DNA from: Chiloscyllium plagiosum
Lineage: Eukaryota
Direction of reading: 5' to 3'
Assembly: GCF_004010195.1 (NCBI RefSeq)
Contig: NC_057749.1
Coordinates: 23,241,375 to 23,305,374, forward strand
DNA: 64,000 nt
Shown: positions 1-11,909 of the stretch, piece by piece
Layout of the letters: the number at the start of each line of letters is the position of its first letter
How positions within the stretch are numbered: position 1 is the first letter of the stretch
The notes under the pieces: model-generated
What the model saw: the letters and a program-made list of their open reading frames with translations, nothing else
Database searches by the model: none
What the model was told of the DNA's origin: nothing
Translations under genes and position numbers: made by a program

Positions 1-250
1 ACCGCCTTCCTAGCCTGCAATCTTCTTCCTGACCTCTCCGCCCCCACCCCAGTCTGACCTATCACCCTCACCTTGACCTCTTTCTACCTATCACATTTCC
101 GACGCCCCTCCCCCAAGTCCCTCCTCCCTACCTTTTATCTTAGCCTGCTGGACAAACTTTCCTCATTCCTGAAGAAGGTCTTATGCCCGAAAAGTCGATT
201 CTCCTGTTCCCTGGATGCTGCCTGACCTGCTGCACTTCTCCAGCAACACA
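1..250 (+). mobile_element. Penelope-like element (PLE) 3' terminal repeat, family A, runs off the window start
   Basis: C-rich tract, then ATTCCTGAAGAAGGTCTTATGCCCGAAAAGTCGATTC and the GGATGCTGCCTGACCTGCTG tail; reverse-complement match to 57435-57704; the same tail follows a GIY-YIG frame at 5807-6508. Confidence 0.8.
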
Positions 251-254
251 TGTT

Positions 255-506
255 CAGCCCATATCCTTCTAAACCTTTCCTGTCCTTGTATTTGTCCAAA
301 TGCCTTTTAAATGTTTTTAATGTACCCACCTCAACCACTTCCCCGGCAGCTCATTCCATATGTGTACCACCCTCTGAGTAAAAAGGTTGGCCCTAAAGTT
401 CCCTTTTTTTACCCCTCTAACCCTAAACTGATGCCCTCTAGTCCTCGATTCCCCAACCCTGGGAAAGAGACTGAGTGCATTCACCCTATCCATGCTCTCA
501 TGATCT
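255..506 (-). mobile_element. CR1/HER1 LINE 3' fragment
   Basis: Minus-strand peptide VEVGTLKTFKRHLDKY, the CR1 ORF2 C-terminus seen in other copies here. Confidence 0.8.
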
Positions 507-850
507 TCATAGAATCCATGCAGTGTGGAAATAAGCCCTTCGGCCTAACAAGTCCACACCGACCCTCTGAAGAGTATCCCACCCCAGACCCATTCCCCTA
601 CCCTATTACTCTACATTTCCTATGACTAATGCACCTAACTTACACAGCCCTGAAGACTTTGGCGCAATTTAGCATGGCCAATTCACCAAACCTGCACATC
701 TTTGAACTGTGGGAGGAAACTGGAACACCCAGAGGAAACCCACGCAGACACGGGGAGAGTGTGCAAACTCCACGCAGACAGTCACCCAAGGCTGGAATCG
801 AGCACAGGTCCCTGGTGCTGTGAGGGAGCAGTGCTAACCACTGAGCCACT
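507..850 (-). mobile_element. HE1-type tRNA-derived V-SINE
   Basis: Minus-strand head TGGCTCAGTGGTTAGCACTGCT (A box), V-domain-like core GGTTTCCTCCCACAG, CR1-like tail. Confidence 0.85.
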
Positions 851-1774
851 ATGACATATATGCTTAATCTAAATCTTAATTGGCTATGAAGAGCTTTACA
901 CTGTCCAGTGGTAGTGAGAGGTGCTATACAAATGGAAATCTTCATTCTTCTTTGAACAAAATTGCAGTGCTGCGGGAAAATGGTACGGGAGTGGAACTGA
1001 ACAGAGAGTTTGTTCAAAGTGCTGACACAGGCACAGTGGACTGAATGGTCTCCTTCGACACTGAGACTCTCTGATTCTGTCATAACAGTGCCAGGATGAC
1101 TTGATGCTAAGACAGGGCTAGTTGACTTGCTCATTCATTTCCGTCCTAAGGACAGTTTGTATTCCCAGCTCTTTTGAAAGCCAATATCCATTTGTCTGTC
1201 CTTGTCCTGCCAGCAGCAGGAATTAAAATCAACATCAGAACCACAAATGGAGGCACTAATACTAGTTAACAACAGTGCAGAGGGATTCAAATGCTGCCCC
1301 TAAGAGACGTGCACTAGATACGATGAACAGAAATTTCCCCAGTGGTCTCTGGCTGTTGAAATGTCTGGTCTGAATCTAGAAGTAAAGAAATTCTGGAGAC
1401 CATGACTGTACTTAGCTATAGTTTGAACATTGCAAAAGGGTTCAAAGTTAATAAGAGATTCTATCTAGGTCTAAGAGCGCGGCAGGTAAGATCTTCATTT
1501 CACATTAGAGATTGATTGCCTCGTTCCGAAGCAACTCCCTTGCTCATTAAACTCAGCTCACAGCAAGATTGTTTCCAAAATTGCTGATGGAGCCCTCCAC
1601 CCTATTTGCCCCCTGGAAGAGGCATGAGTGAAGATTATGGTCTTGAAGGGCCCATTTTTGCTGACAGGAGCGTTTGAGGTTTCAGCCACAGATCCCTGCT
1701 GAACAAGTTTGTCATTTGCTAGCCAAAATGCAAACACAAAGATAGCGCAGCTCAAACTCATTAAAGCACCAATA

Positions 1775-2830
1775 ATAACTTACATTGATATGACACCTTT
1801 TATGCAGCAAAAAGATGCTTGACAGAAGTGTCATCAATTCAACATTAGGCGATTTGAGGAAGGGCCACTGGACCCACAAGGTTGACTGATTTCTCTCCCC
1901 AGATGCTGCCAGACCTGCTGAGCTCTTCCAGCAATTTCTGTTTTTGCTTAAGGTAATATTAGGACAGGTTAGCGGTTAAAGATTTAGTTGTAAAGAGGAT
2001 CTCAAATGGGGATGGAGAGGTGGAGAGGTTGAGGCAGGAAGTTCACCTTGGCGTCAGTAAGCACAGACATCAGCGTTAGAACCATAATGATTGAGGGTCA
2101 GCCAGTCCAGGAGAATTGCAGACATCTCAGTCTTATTGTTGCTGTGGGCCTGGAGGACTTTATGGAGATGGTGAGTGCCAAGGTCATGGAGGAATGTCAA
2201 AACAAGGATGACGCTATATAAAAAAAAGTTGAGATGTTGTTGGGCTGGGAGACAACGTCAGGAGTTGTGTGAATAGGACTTGGTGCAATAGGCTGTGTAG
2301 CTTAGGAGGAGTTCAAGGTTATGGAGGGTAGATTAGGTTAGGTTCCCTACAATGTGGAAACAGGCCTTTCAGCCCAACAAATCCACGCCAACCCTCTGCA
2401 GGGTAACCCACCCAGACCCATTTCCCTCTGACTAATGCATCCAACACTATGGGCAATTTAGCATGGCCAGTTCACCTGAACTGCACGTCTTTGTACTGTG
2501 GGAGGAAACCCACGCAGACACGGGGAGAATGTGCAAACTCCACACAGACAGTCACCCGAGGCTGGGATTGAACCCACATCCCTGGCACTGTGAGGCAGCA
2601 GTGCTAACCACTGAGCCACCGTGCCATCCCATAGGGGATGGGAGACCCAGCCAGGAGGGCATTAGGATCATCAAGTCTAAAAGTAACAAATGGATGGGAT
2701 GAGAGTTTCAGGGGAAGATCAGCTGAGGTGAGGCAGTCATTGGATGAGTTAGCGATGGAAGCAGTCAAACGTCTTGATGGTAGCATGATATGTCAAACGT
2801 TCATCTCAAAGTCAAAAATGACAATAAAAT
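1775..2830 (-). mobile_element. Highly decayed L2-like LINE 3' region, interrupted by a PLE remnant (1858-1950) and an HE1 SINE
   Basis: Resemblance to the shark L2-type 3' region recalled from memory; no intact ORF. Confidence 0.4.
2331..2630 (-). mobile_element. HE1-type V-SINE
   Basis: Near full-length; head, core and tail match the other copies. Confidence 0.85.
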
Positions 2831-2849
2831 CATTAACAGATGGATGGCA

Positions 2850-3075
2850 TGAGGGGAAATCTTTTGCACAGAGTGTGGTTGGTGTGTGGAGTGAACTGCC
2901 TGAGGAAGTGGTGGATGCTCAATGTTTAAAAGACATTTGGACAAGTACATGAATAAGAAATGTTTGGAAGGATATGGGCCAAGTGCAGGCAGGTGGGACC
3001 AGTTTAGTTTGGGATTATGGTCGGCATGGACTGGTTGGACTGAAGGGCCTGTTTCTGTTCTGTATGACTCTATAA
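2850..3075 (+). mobile_element. CR1/HER1 LINE 3' end
   Basis: VVGVWSELPEEVV and FKRHLDKYMN peptides; ends in TATGACTCTAT. Confidence 0.85.
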
Positions 3076-4919
3076 CTTTGTCCCAGTGTGCTACTGCATT
3101 CGACAGTGATGGTACGACTGAGAACAATATTTTCCCATAATCTCTTACCTCTGCTTTTTCCAGGGAGAATCAGCATTTGAAGGCAGAGCGACGGGAAAAT
3201 ATAATCTGACACTGAGTGGAAACAACAGGTTGTTACAAACTTCAGGATCTACGTTCAGAGACTGAGCAAGTTTTGCATGCGAGCGACCCATGTTTTTGCA
3301 CTTCTCTCCTGCACAGATTCCAAGAACAAGCAGTAACCTTGCTGAGTTTAAGTCGCGGGTCTATCACAGCACCTGGACTATCATATCAGTTAATAATCAC
3401 ACGGGGAGCTAATTAAGCTCCCTGAAACGGGGAATGAAGGCTACGGGTTAATGATAAACTACTAAAGTCATGCGATGTAATTCACATTGTTGAATTGATC
3501 CTGAAATGCTCATTGAGAGGTTAAGAAAAAGTCTCTGCTCCTGTTTGCTGATGACATTCACTTGAAAAAATGGGAACTGTCGTGGAGAGACGCCTGTGCA
3601 AATCTTCGCCCACAACTTCAGCTGCGTTGCCAAGTTTTAGAAAGATGACTTCACTCAGAGACATCATCTTATTTTAATCTTTCTAGCACCTGTATAGGGA
3701 GAGACTTCCAGTGACAGGTGCCTGGATAGAATTGATCTATCTGCCTCTAATTACAGACCCAAAGCAGAGAGCTGTGTTTTAAATCTCCAGAACAGCAGAC
3801 AACTCTCTGAAAATCCTCATTTCTGTGCACCTTTCACGGGGTTTATTTTTACAGTCCTCTTCTTCTCATTCTTCAGCTGCTTTAGAAAATAGCGTTAGCT
3901 TGGCTTCAGTTATGACACAAGATAAATGAGCTCTGGGTCCTCAGTGCCTCAGTATGGCTGTCAGGGGTTACCAAAATAGCAAACTATTTTTCATAGTGCG
4001 ATGTGATATGAAATTAGATGCAGCAGGCAAGCTAACATTTACTATCACAGGTAGTGTAGTGGGAATACATTTGGTTTTCTTCTGTGTCAAAGTAACTTCC
4101 TAGAATTTACATACAGGCTGTGTTCAGCGATAAGTTCCTGTCGTGGAAATTACTGAATAAAGTTTCTACAAAAAAAAAGAAAATCTGAGAGTACTTTTGC
4201 GGCTCATTAACCCACTCCGTTTTAAAATTCTGCAGCCATCGCTAAGCTTTGTCCCTTCCAGGCAACGTCCAAACTGTGTCTACTTTAAAGGCTTTCCCTA
4301 AAGTTCTGCATTTGCTCTGAAGTTCTGACACCATTGCCCATTAGCCAGCACAGCCCTTTGGTGAATGCAGCCTTGCGTGAGGGGGCAGGCAATGTCTACT
4401 TTTCTCCTTGACACAGGAGCCTTGCTTCTTTCCCCACTGGAGTCTGAAGTGCTTGTGGCTAAGAAACAGCCTGCAGGAACTAGCTCCACAACCTCCCTGC
4501 TGAATCTGGTCACAGTAACACGAGGTGACATTAAGAGCCATCAAGCCCCAGCACTCCCTTTAATCTCACATCCCCACTCCAGGCTTCATTGGGTCATACC
4601 TCTGCTCCAATATGCTGCCCAGTAAAAGCTGGGAGTGTGGAACTGAAGTACAAGGGCTCATGGGGATTGAATAAAGGTTTTGTAACTGAGACAGTGAAAG
4701 TAAATATCTTCGTTAGTTATATTCCAGCCCACTGTGCTCAGGCAATGAAGGGAGCCTAGAATAATACCTGAACTCCCAATCTTTATCAATTCCAATCTGA
4801 GAAAAGGTGGAACTACCAGCCCCTGGTTGAACGAAGCAATCCATTTCTAGTGTGCAAATAAATTTCAAACAAAACAGTGAGACCTTGAAATTAATCCTAC
4901 AATCTACATGATAATTTGT

Positions 4920-5672
4920 CGCACCCAAGTGCCCAGGCAATGACCATCTCCCACAGGAAAGAATCTAATCAGCACCGCTTGCCTTTCAATGGTATTACCA
5001 TCATGACATCCCCACCTATCAACAACCTTGGGGTTACCACTGACCACAAACTGAACTAGACTCACCACATAAACTCAGTGGCTATAACAAGCTAGGAATT
5101 CTGGGACAAGCAACTCATCTCCTGACTTCCCAAAGCCTGTCCACCATCTACAAGGCACATGACAGGAGTGTGATGGAATACTCCCCACTTGCCTGGATGG
5201 GTGCAGCTCCAACAACACTCAACAAGCTTGACACCATCAAGGACAAAGTAGAATGTGCAATTGGCACCCCATCTAACCCATCTAATTCACTCCCTCTACC
5301 ACTATCACGCAGTAACAACAATATGTACCATCTACAAAACGCACTGCAGCAAATGGTCAGTGCTACTTACACAGCTTATACCAAACCTGCGACCCCTATA
5401 GCCTAGAAGGACAAGGGCAGCAGATACATGAGAACACCACCTCCTGCAAGCTCCCCTCCAAACCACTCACCATCCTGACTTGGAAATATATTGCCATTCG
5501 TTCACAGTCACTGGGTCAAATCCTGGAACTCCCCACACTAACAGACCTCTGAGTCTACCTGCATGGCCCACTGTGGTTCAAGAGGCAGGTCATCACCACC
5601 TGCCACTCAAGAACAATTAGGGAAAGGCAATAAATGCTGGCCTAGCAGTGCTGCCCGCATCCTATGAATTAA
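4920..5672 (+). mobile_element. L2/Crack-like LINE 3' portion
   Basis: Peptide MEYSPLAWMGAAPTTLNKLDTI (post-RT region of CR1-group LINEs); tail GGCAATAAATGCTGGCC; homologous copy at 32500-33215. Confidence 0.65.
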
Positions 5673-5806
5673 TCTTTCTTGTTAGAATCCTCCATAAATT
5701 CCATCTGTATCCATGTAGGAATGGTGAATCCTGCATGGAATATTTTACCATGCACCTGGGGGAAGAGAAACATTCCTGGGGACTCTTACTTGTCTATTCC
5801 ACATAG

Positions 5807-6508
5807 GAACAGTAAAATCGATGTTTCGGGCAAAAGCCCTTCATCAGAAATAAAGGCAGAGAGCCTGAAGAGTGGAGAGATAAGCTAGAGGAGGGTGGGG
5901 TGGGGAGAAAGTAGCATGGAATACAATAGGTGAGTGGGAGAGAGGATGAAGGTGATAGGTCAGGGAGGAGGGTGGAATGGATAGGTGGAAAAGAAGATAG
6001 GTAGGTAGGACAAGTCATGGGGACAGTGCTGAGCTGGAAGTTTGGAACTGGGTTGAGGTGGGGGAAGGGGAAATGAGGAAACTGTTGAAGTCCACATTGA
6101 TGCCCTTGGGTTGAAGGATCCCGAGGTGGAAGATGAGGCGTTCTTCCTCCAGGCGTCTGGTGGTGAGGGACCGGCGATGAAGGAGGCCCAGGACCTCCAT
6201 GTCCTCGGCAGAGTGGGAGGGGGAGTTGAAATGTTGGGCCACAGGGCGGTGTGGTTGATTCAATGTGGACTTCAACAGTTTCCTCATTTCCCCTTCCCCC
6301 ACCTCACCTCAGTTCCGAACTTCCAGCTCAGCACTGTCCCCATGACTTGTCCTCTCCATGCTTCAGGCTCTCTGCCTGTATTCCTAATGAAGGGCTTTTG
6401 CCTGAAACGTCGATTGTACTGCTCCTTGGATGCTGCCTGAACTGCTGTGCTCTTCCAGCACCACTAATCCAGAATCTGGTTTCCAGCATCTGCAGTCATT
6501 GTTTTTAC
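5807..6508. mobile_element. PLE insertion with inverted arms (GIY-YIG C-terminus plus two terminal repeats)
   Basis: Minus peptide PVAQHFNSPSHSAEDMEVLGL..RRLEEERLIFHLGILQPKGINV; hammerhead motifs at ~5815-5850 (-) and ~6380-6415 (+); flanking duplication CTATTCCAC(A/G)TAG at 5794 and 6509. Confidence 0.85.
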
Positions 6509-6759
6509 CTATTCCACGTAGAAACCAAGGCAGTGAGCAATCTGTTCCTCCATCATGAATGGATACTCCCTAATCTGCACCCCCCTCCACCTCATCGCAG
6601 TTACACCATCTACTGCGAGGTGCTGGGAAACTGAACAAAACCCAAAACCCAGCAAGATAAAACTAAACCTCTGGAAACTGTTTCTCCAGCCCTCACTTGT
6701 GACCCAAGTTCAAGAACCACTCTGAACCTGGTATAATTCATGAAGACCTCAGGTAAATG

Positions 6760-6955
6760 AGGTTGCTTAGCTCAGTTGGCTGGATGGCTCAGTCCTGATG
6801 CAGAGTACTGCCAAAAGTCTGGGTTCAATAGCTGCAGCAGGTAAGGTTAACATCAACAAGCTCCCCTTCTTAAAATCTCCCTACACTTGAAATGTAGTGC
6901 CCTCATGTTAAACCATTATCTCTGCTTAATGGGAGATCACCCCTATGGTCTCTTT
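6760..6955 (+). mobile_element. Decayed tRNA-derived SINE of a second family
   Basis: TAGCTCAGTTGG A box and GGGTTCAAT B-box-like motif; related minus fragment at ~26415-26510. Confidence 0.45.
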
Positions 6956-6965
6956 ATCTTTAAGT

Positions 6966-7279
6966 TTAGATTCCCTGCAGTATGGAAGCAGGACCATCAG
7001 CCTAACAAGTCCACACCGACCCTCCAAACAGCAACCCATCCAGACCAATTCCCCTACCCTATATTTACCACTGATTAATGCAGCTAGCACTACGGGCAAT
7101 TTATCATGGCCAATTCACCTAATTGGATTGATGGAGGAAACCCACGTAGATATGGGGCAAATACACAAACTCCACACAGACAGTCACCTGAGGGTGGGAA
7201 TCGAACCCATATCCCTAGTGCTGTGAGGCAGAGGTGCTGTGAGGCAGCAGCGCTAACCACTGAGCTACTGTGCCACCCC
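6966..7279 (-). mobile_element. HE1-type V-SINE
   Basis: Matches other copies; small internal duplication of GTGCTGTGAGGCAG. Confidence 0.85.
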
Positions 7280-8639
7280 ACTAATGAATTGGTTCAGCTC
7301 CCTCTTGAGGACTTCAGGAGTATGTTATTAAGACTAATGCTTGACTCTATACGTATGAATGTGTTTACTTGCAATTGCTGTTGATAACTAGAATAATTGA
7401 AAGTCTAACAAAGCTTACAGATTTATCTATGGATCTGATTTTCTCAGTGTTCAAGAAGGCAATTCACCACCACCTTCTCAAAGGCAACGAGCACAGGCAT
7501 TGAACGCTGGCCAGCCAGCAATGTCCATGTCCCCAAATAAATAAAAACAAATGCAATCATGGGTTTTGCCTCTCACTCAGAATGCCAGGTAATGACATGG
7601 AAGGAAAATCGTTGATTGTAATTAGCTGCATTCCGAAATGGCCAATGTGAAATGATTTTCTAACAAATAAAAATGCATTCAGATTAAGAATTACAGCATG
7701 AGGAAAACCAGGCTTATGGTTCAATTATGGGAAATCCTATAAGATGAAGTCAGAGTGCGGAAGCACACAATTTATCATCCTGATGTCCCTCTGTCCAAAA
7801 GTACTCTTCACACCATTGTGTAAATGAGAGGTGTGGGAAATAAGGAGGGCTGCACAGAGTTAGTCTCCACAGTGAGGGAGTCAGTCACCTGACATGCAGG
7901 GACCATTTTTCACTTCTCAAGGTGATACAGGGCACCAGAACCCCAGGTGATTGTCCGTAAATCCCCACAGTCAGGAAGCTCTGTTTGCATGCAATTGTTT
8001 AAGAAGCAGTATGTTCGATCTCACCTTGTTGAAACAATGCCAACCTTCAAGCACTAACACCATTGCAATTACAGCACATTTCAGACATGGTTCAGTGAGT
8101 AGTCTCTATTCAGAATCAATGCATTGTGGGTTCAAGTTCCCTTTAACAGACTGACAACACGAGGGAGACAGTAGTGTAGGAGTATTGTCACTGGATTATT
8201 AATCTAACAGCTAACGTTCAGGTTCAAATCCCAGTTTTGTAGCCACGAGGATTTAAATTTATCTGGAATCTAAGATTAGTCTCAGTAGCCATACAAAGCA
8301 ACATTGATTGTCTCATACAGAAGCTCATCTGGTTTACTGTCATGAACCAGGTCACAGTGTGGACTACTGGAACAGATATCAGAGTTTTTTTGTTTTCCTT
8401 TACTGGTTTTGGGTTTTGTTCAGTTTCCCAGCACCTCACAGTAGATGGTGAAGGGGGTGCAGGTTAGGGATTATCCATTCATATGATGGGGCAACAGATT
8501 ATTCTGTAAGGTTTCTGTAAGGCATAGAGTCCCAGGACTGGCTCTCTCCTCCCTGGTGCAAGGTAAAATATTCAATGCAGGATTCACCATCCCTGGATGG
8601 ATAAAGATGGAATTTATGGAGGATTCCACCAAGGAATTT

Positions 8640-8893
8640 TTAAAATATATTACTTCACAGGATGTGGGCAGCACTGATTGCAGCATTTATTGCCTTTCCC
8701 TAATTGTTCTTGAGAAGATGGTGATGACCTGCCTCTTGAACTACAGTGGGCTATATAAGTAGGTCAGGAGTTCCAGGATTTGACCCAGTGACAGTGAAAG
8801 AACAGCGATATATTTCTAAGTCAGGATGGTGAGCAGCTTGGAGGGGAACTTGCAGGGGGTGGTATTCCTAGGTATCTGCTTCCCCTGTCCTTC
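8640..8893 (-). mobile_element. L2/Crack-like LINE 3' tail, part of an inverted duplication arm
   Basis: Reverse complement aligns with 5405-5672. Confidence 0.7.
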
Positions 8894-9039
8894 CTTTAAG
8901 CCCACAAGTGACTCTGGACCCATTGTGATGTGGTTGATTCTTAATCACCTATGAACCAATCTCATTAGCCACTCAGTTCAAGAAGGAATTAAGTATGGGC
9001 AACAACTGGTAGCCTGTGAAACCCAGATTCCACAAAGAA

Positions 9040-9540
9040 TTGAAAAAAGATATTCAGGAAGGCTGCAGTGTTGGAGATGATGTCGATGAAATGAGATACA
9101 AAACCAAAGTACTCAGGAGGATGTGAAATATCTTAGTTTGAAGAAGAATAGGGGTAGTCTGTGTGATATTCTGGCCACTGATCTTTTAACTCATACATAA
9201 CAGACATCATCTGATCATTTATTAGTTTCACTAATGTCCTTCAGGAAAGGAAACTGCCATCCTTACCTGGTCTGGCCTACATGTGAGTCCAGACCCATAG
9301 CAATGTGGTTGACTCTTAACTGCCCTCTGGGCAATTAGGGATGGGCAATAAATGACACCCTAGCCAGTGACACCCTCATCCAATGAATTAAAAAAATTGT
9401 TTGTGGGAAATTACTGTGCGAAAATTGGATATTGAACTTTTTACATTACAATGGCAACAACTCTTTAAAATGTATTCCATTAGCTGTCAGGGACTTTGGG
9501 GCTGAGTTTATGGAAGGTGCTTTATAAATGCAGGGGTTTT
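9040..9540 (+). mobile_element. Deu-type SINE (SacSINE1/AmnSINE-like), interrupted by another SINE tail at ~9225-9395
   Basis: TTGTTTGTGGGAAATTACTGTGCGAAAATTGG core and GGTGCTTTATAAATGCAG tail resemble the Deu-SINE consensus. Confidence 0.55.
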
Positions 9541-9947
9541 TTTTTTAGCCTAAGTGCCAAATGCAGTGGGTGAATTCTTATTGCGCAGAAATCGAAAGAA
9601 TTGGAATTTGAATCCCAAGTTCAGTTTGCAGTAATGTTATTAAAGTTTGCTTAATGAGGAAATTGAGAATTAATGAGGAAAAGCCAATGCAGATTTGTTA
9701 AAAACAAACCATTTTGAACAAGCTTGGTTTATACGGTGTACGTAGATTTCCAAAACACATTGGATACATGTGCCACATGTTGGCCAGCAAATATGTAACC
9801 CCTTGGACTAAAAGGGGAGGTGCCAACTGGGTTTCAATGTTGATTGAGTGACAGGAACCCGGGTACTGGTGAATGATTACTTCTCAGTTTGGAAGCAAGT
9901 GAACAATCAGGAACTCAACGGAGTTGTTACCACTACCACCGCTTATC

Positions 9948-10272
9948 CATAAAATCCCTACAGAGTCCATTTGGCCCTACAAGTCCACACCAATCCTCCA
10001 AAGGGTATCCCATACACACCCATTCCCCTATTACTCGACATTTATCCCTGACTAATGCATCCAACCTACACATCCCTAAACACTATGGGCAACTTAGCAT
10101 GGCCGATCCACCCTAACCCACACATCTTTGGAGTATGGAGGAAACCCAAGCATGCCCATGCAGACACAGGGAGAATGTGTAAACTCTACACAGACAGTCC
10201 TGAGGCTAAAAGTGAACCCAGGACCCTGGCGCTGTGAGGCAGCAGTGCCGACCACTGAGCCACCATGCTACC
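9948..10272 (-). mobile_element. HE1-type V-SINE
   Basis: Matches other copies. Confidence 0.85.
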
Positions 10273-10391
10273 CTATTATCTGAATATAGATTAATGACCT
10301 AGACTTGTTCTCCAGAGGGCCAGTGTAGACTTGATGGACTGAATGCCTCTTTTCGCACTGTATAGATTCTATGATTCTTTGAGCACGTAAG

Positions 10392-10905
10392 GTGCGATGG
10401 GAGTATGGCTTTAAGAGATTATTTTTGTCCTAGTTTTTTTTGAAGAGAGGTTTTAAGGCAGAGGTGCTAAGCAGTCTACTAGAGCCACTACAGTAAACAG
10501 CTTGTGAGGTCTTGGGGTGTTTGCTAAAGTTGGAACAATAGAAACAGCCTGAATGGGTAGGGTCAAGATCTCACAGAACCAGGATTATTCGTTTTTAGCT
10601 TTCAGCAGTTGCTGTTGGGGTCTTGAAGAAGTGGAAGCTATTTTTCCCTTTCTCAGTTACAGCTGAACGCTAGAGATGCTGTTCCTGCTGTCGGAGTTGC
10701 ATGTGAGACAGTCAGTGTCTGAATTTGCCTTTTACCAAGGGTGTGTTTATGGATGCTGCTGTATTGGAACAGTTAATCAGTAATAGTTACTGTATCTATT
10801 ATTCTGTTAAGTTTTCTAACAGAGTAAAGTTATTCCAATCCCTTCTTTCTTTTTTGGTACTTTAACTACAGTGGATAAATAAAGTGAGTTTTGCATTAAA
10901 TCCAA
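10392..10905 (+). mobile_element. Solo-LTR-like repeat, 3'-truncated
   Basis: Colinear with 50780-51357 (TGGAACAATAGAA.CAGCCTGAATGGGT.GGGTCAAG; GAATTTGCCTTT); AATAAA near the end. Confidence 0.65.
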
Positions 10906-10919
10906 GTTCCCCGGTGCCC

Positions 10920-11018
10920 TCATTCCTGATGAAATGCTTATGCCCGAAATATCGACTCTCCTGCTCCTCAGCTGCTGCCTGACCAGCTGTGCTTTTCCAG
11001 CATCACACTCATCGACTC
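10920..11018 (+). mobile_element. PLE terminal-repeat remnant, family A, with decayed hammerhead
   Basis: ATTCCTGATGAAATGCTTATGCCCGAAATATCGACT plus family A tail. Confidence 0.75.
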
Positions 11019-11274
11019 GTTACAATTACTACAGGGGAGCTATATGGATTGAGTGGAGAAGCTGGTGTTAACAAGAGGTTTGATAGAAGCCGACACATTA
11101 ATGAGAGATCTGGTGGGAGTCGTTGGGGAGCAACTGTTCCCACTCACAGGAGAAACAAGAACCAGGGGACAGTGATTAAAGGTGACAGTCAAAAGAAGGG
11201 GCTGTATTTTTAAGCAGCAAGTGGTTAGGATCCAGAGTTCACAGGCTTGTGTGGTGGAGAGAGAGAGAGAGACA

Positions 11275-11653
11275 CACAATTGTGACTTTTCCCCAACACT
11301 ACCGCCTAACAGCAGTACTGCTTATATTTTCCCCAGCACTCATGTTGTGTGTGTGCAGGTGTGAGACACTGTGAGAGACACAAGGTGTACAAATCTTTAT
11401 TCAGTTTCCATCACCAGGAAGAAAAGAAACACCAAGGTGGCCAGTGACAAGCAGTGCCCTTCTCAGAGGGCAATACTGTGTGATCAAACAGTGAAGGGGA
11501 GGGCAGGGATTAAATCAAAATAGAGTTGGAGGGGCAAATAATACACTCCACTCCCTGCAATTCCCTCCTTTTCCTGAAAATTTCAAGGGTGTTGGTGGAT
11601 ACTACGTGCTCCTTCTCCAGGGACACCCAGCCTCTGACGTAACCATGGAAGAC
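11275..11653 (-). mobile_element. Tx1/L1-clade non-LTR element 3' end
   Basis: Minus 11653-11510 reads VFHGYVRGWVSLEKEHVVSTNTLEIFRKRRELQGVECIICPSNSILI*, resembling a Tx1 ORF2 C-terminus; 3' UTR with AATAAA. Confidence 0.6.
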
Positions 11654-11909
11654 CATTGTGGCTTTTAAAAGGTAACTGGATAATTAGCTAAAGAGAAAAC
11701 AATTCCAAGCTGACGAGGAAAGGACAGAGGACTGGGTCTCGGTGAGTTGTTCTCATAGAGAGCCGAGACAGAGAGGATGGGGTGAATATCTGCCTCACTG
11801 ATGTAACCACTCTATAACTCTCCGGTTATCAGTGGTTCTATTGCTGCATGGTTTCACTTGGGAGACACTACAAGAATGTGGGAACTTAAATCCTCACAGC
11901 AACACCAGA

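Noticed and set aside
1..20. Window start coincides with the inversion breakpoint of the 57435-57704 copy
   Set aside because: The window edge is arbitrary and upstream sequence is not visible.
507..850. tRNA-like A/B boxes at many sites, and recurring ORFs such as MANSPNLHIF and QWLALLPHS
   Set aside because: These are SINE heads and SINE translations, not tRNA genes or a protein family.
8353..8441. V(D)J RSS-like pair: CACAGTG-12-ACAGATATC (+) and TACTGTG-23-CCCAAAACC (-)
   Set aside because: Poor nonamers, the second heptamer lacks the essential CAC, the duplicate arm does not conserve them, and no V or J coding segment is adjacent.
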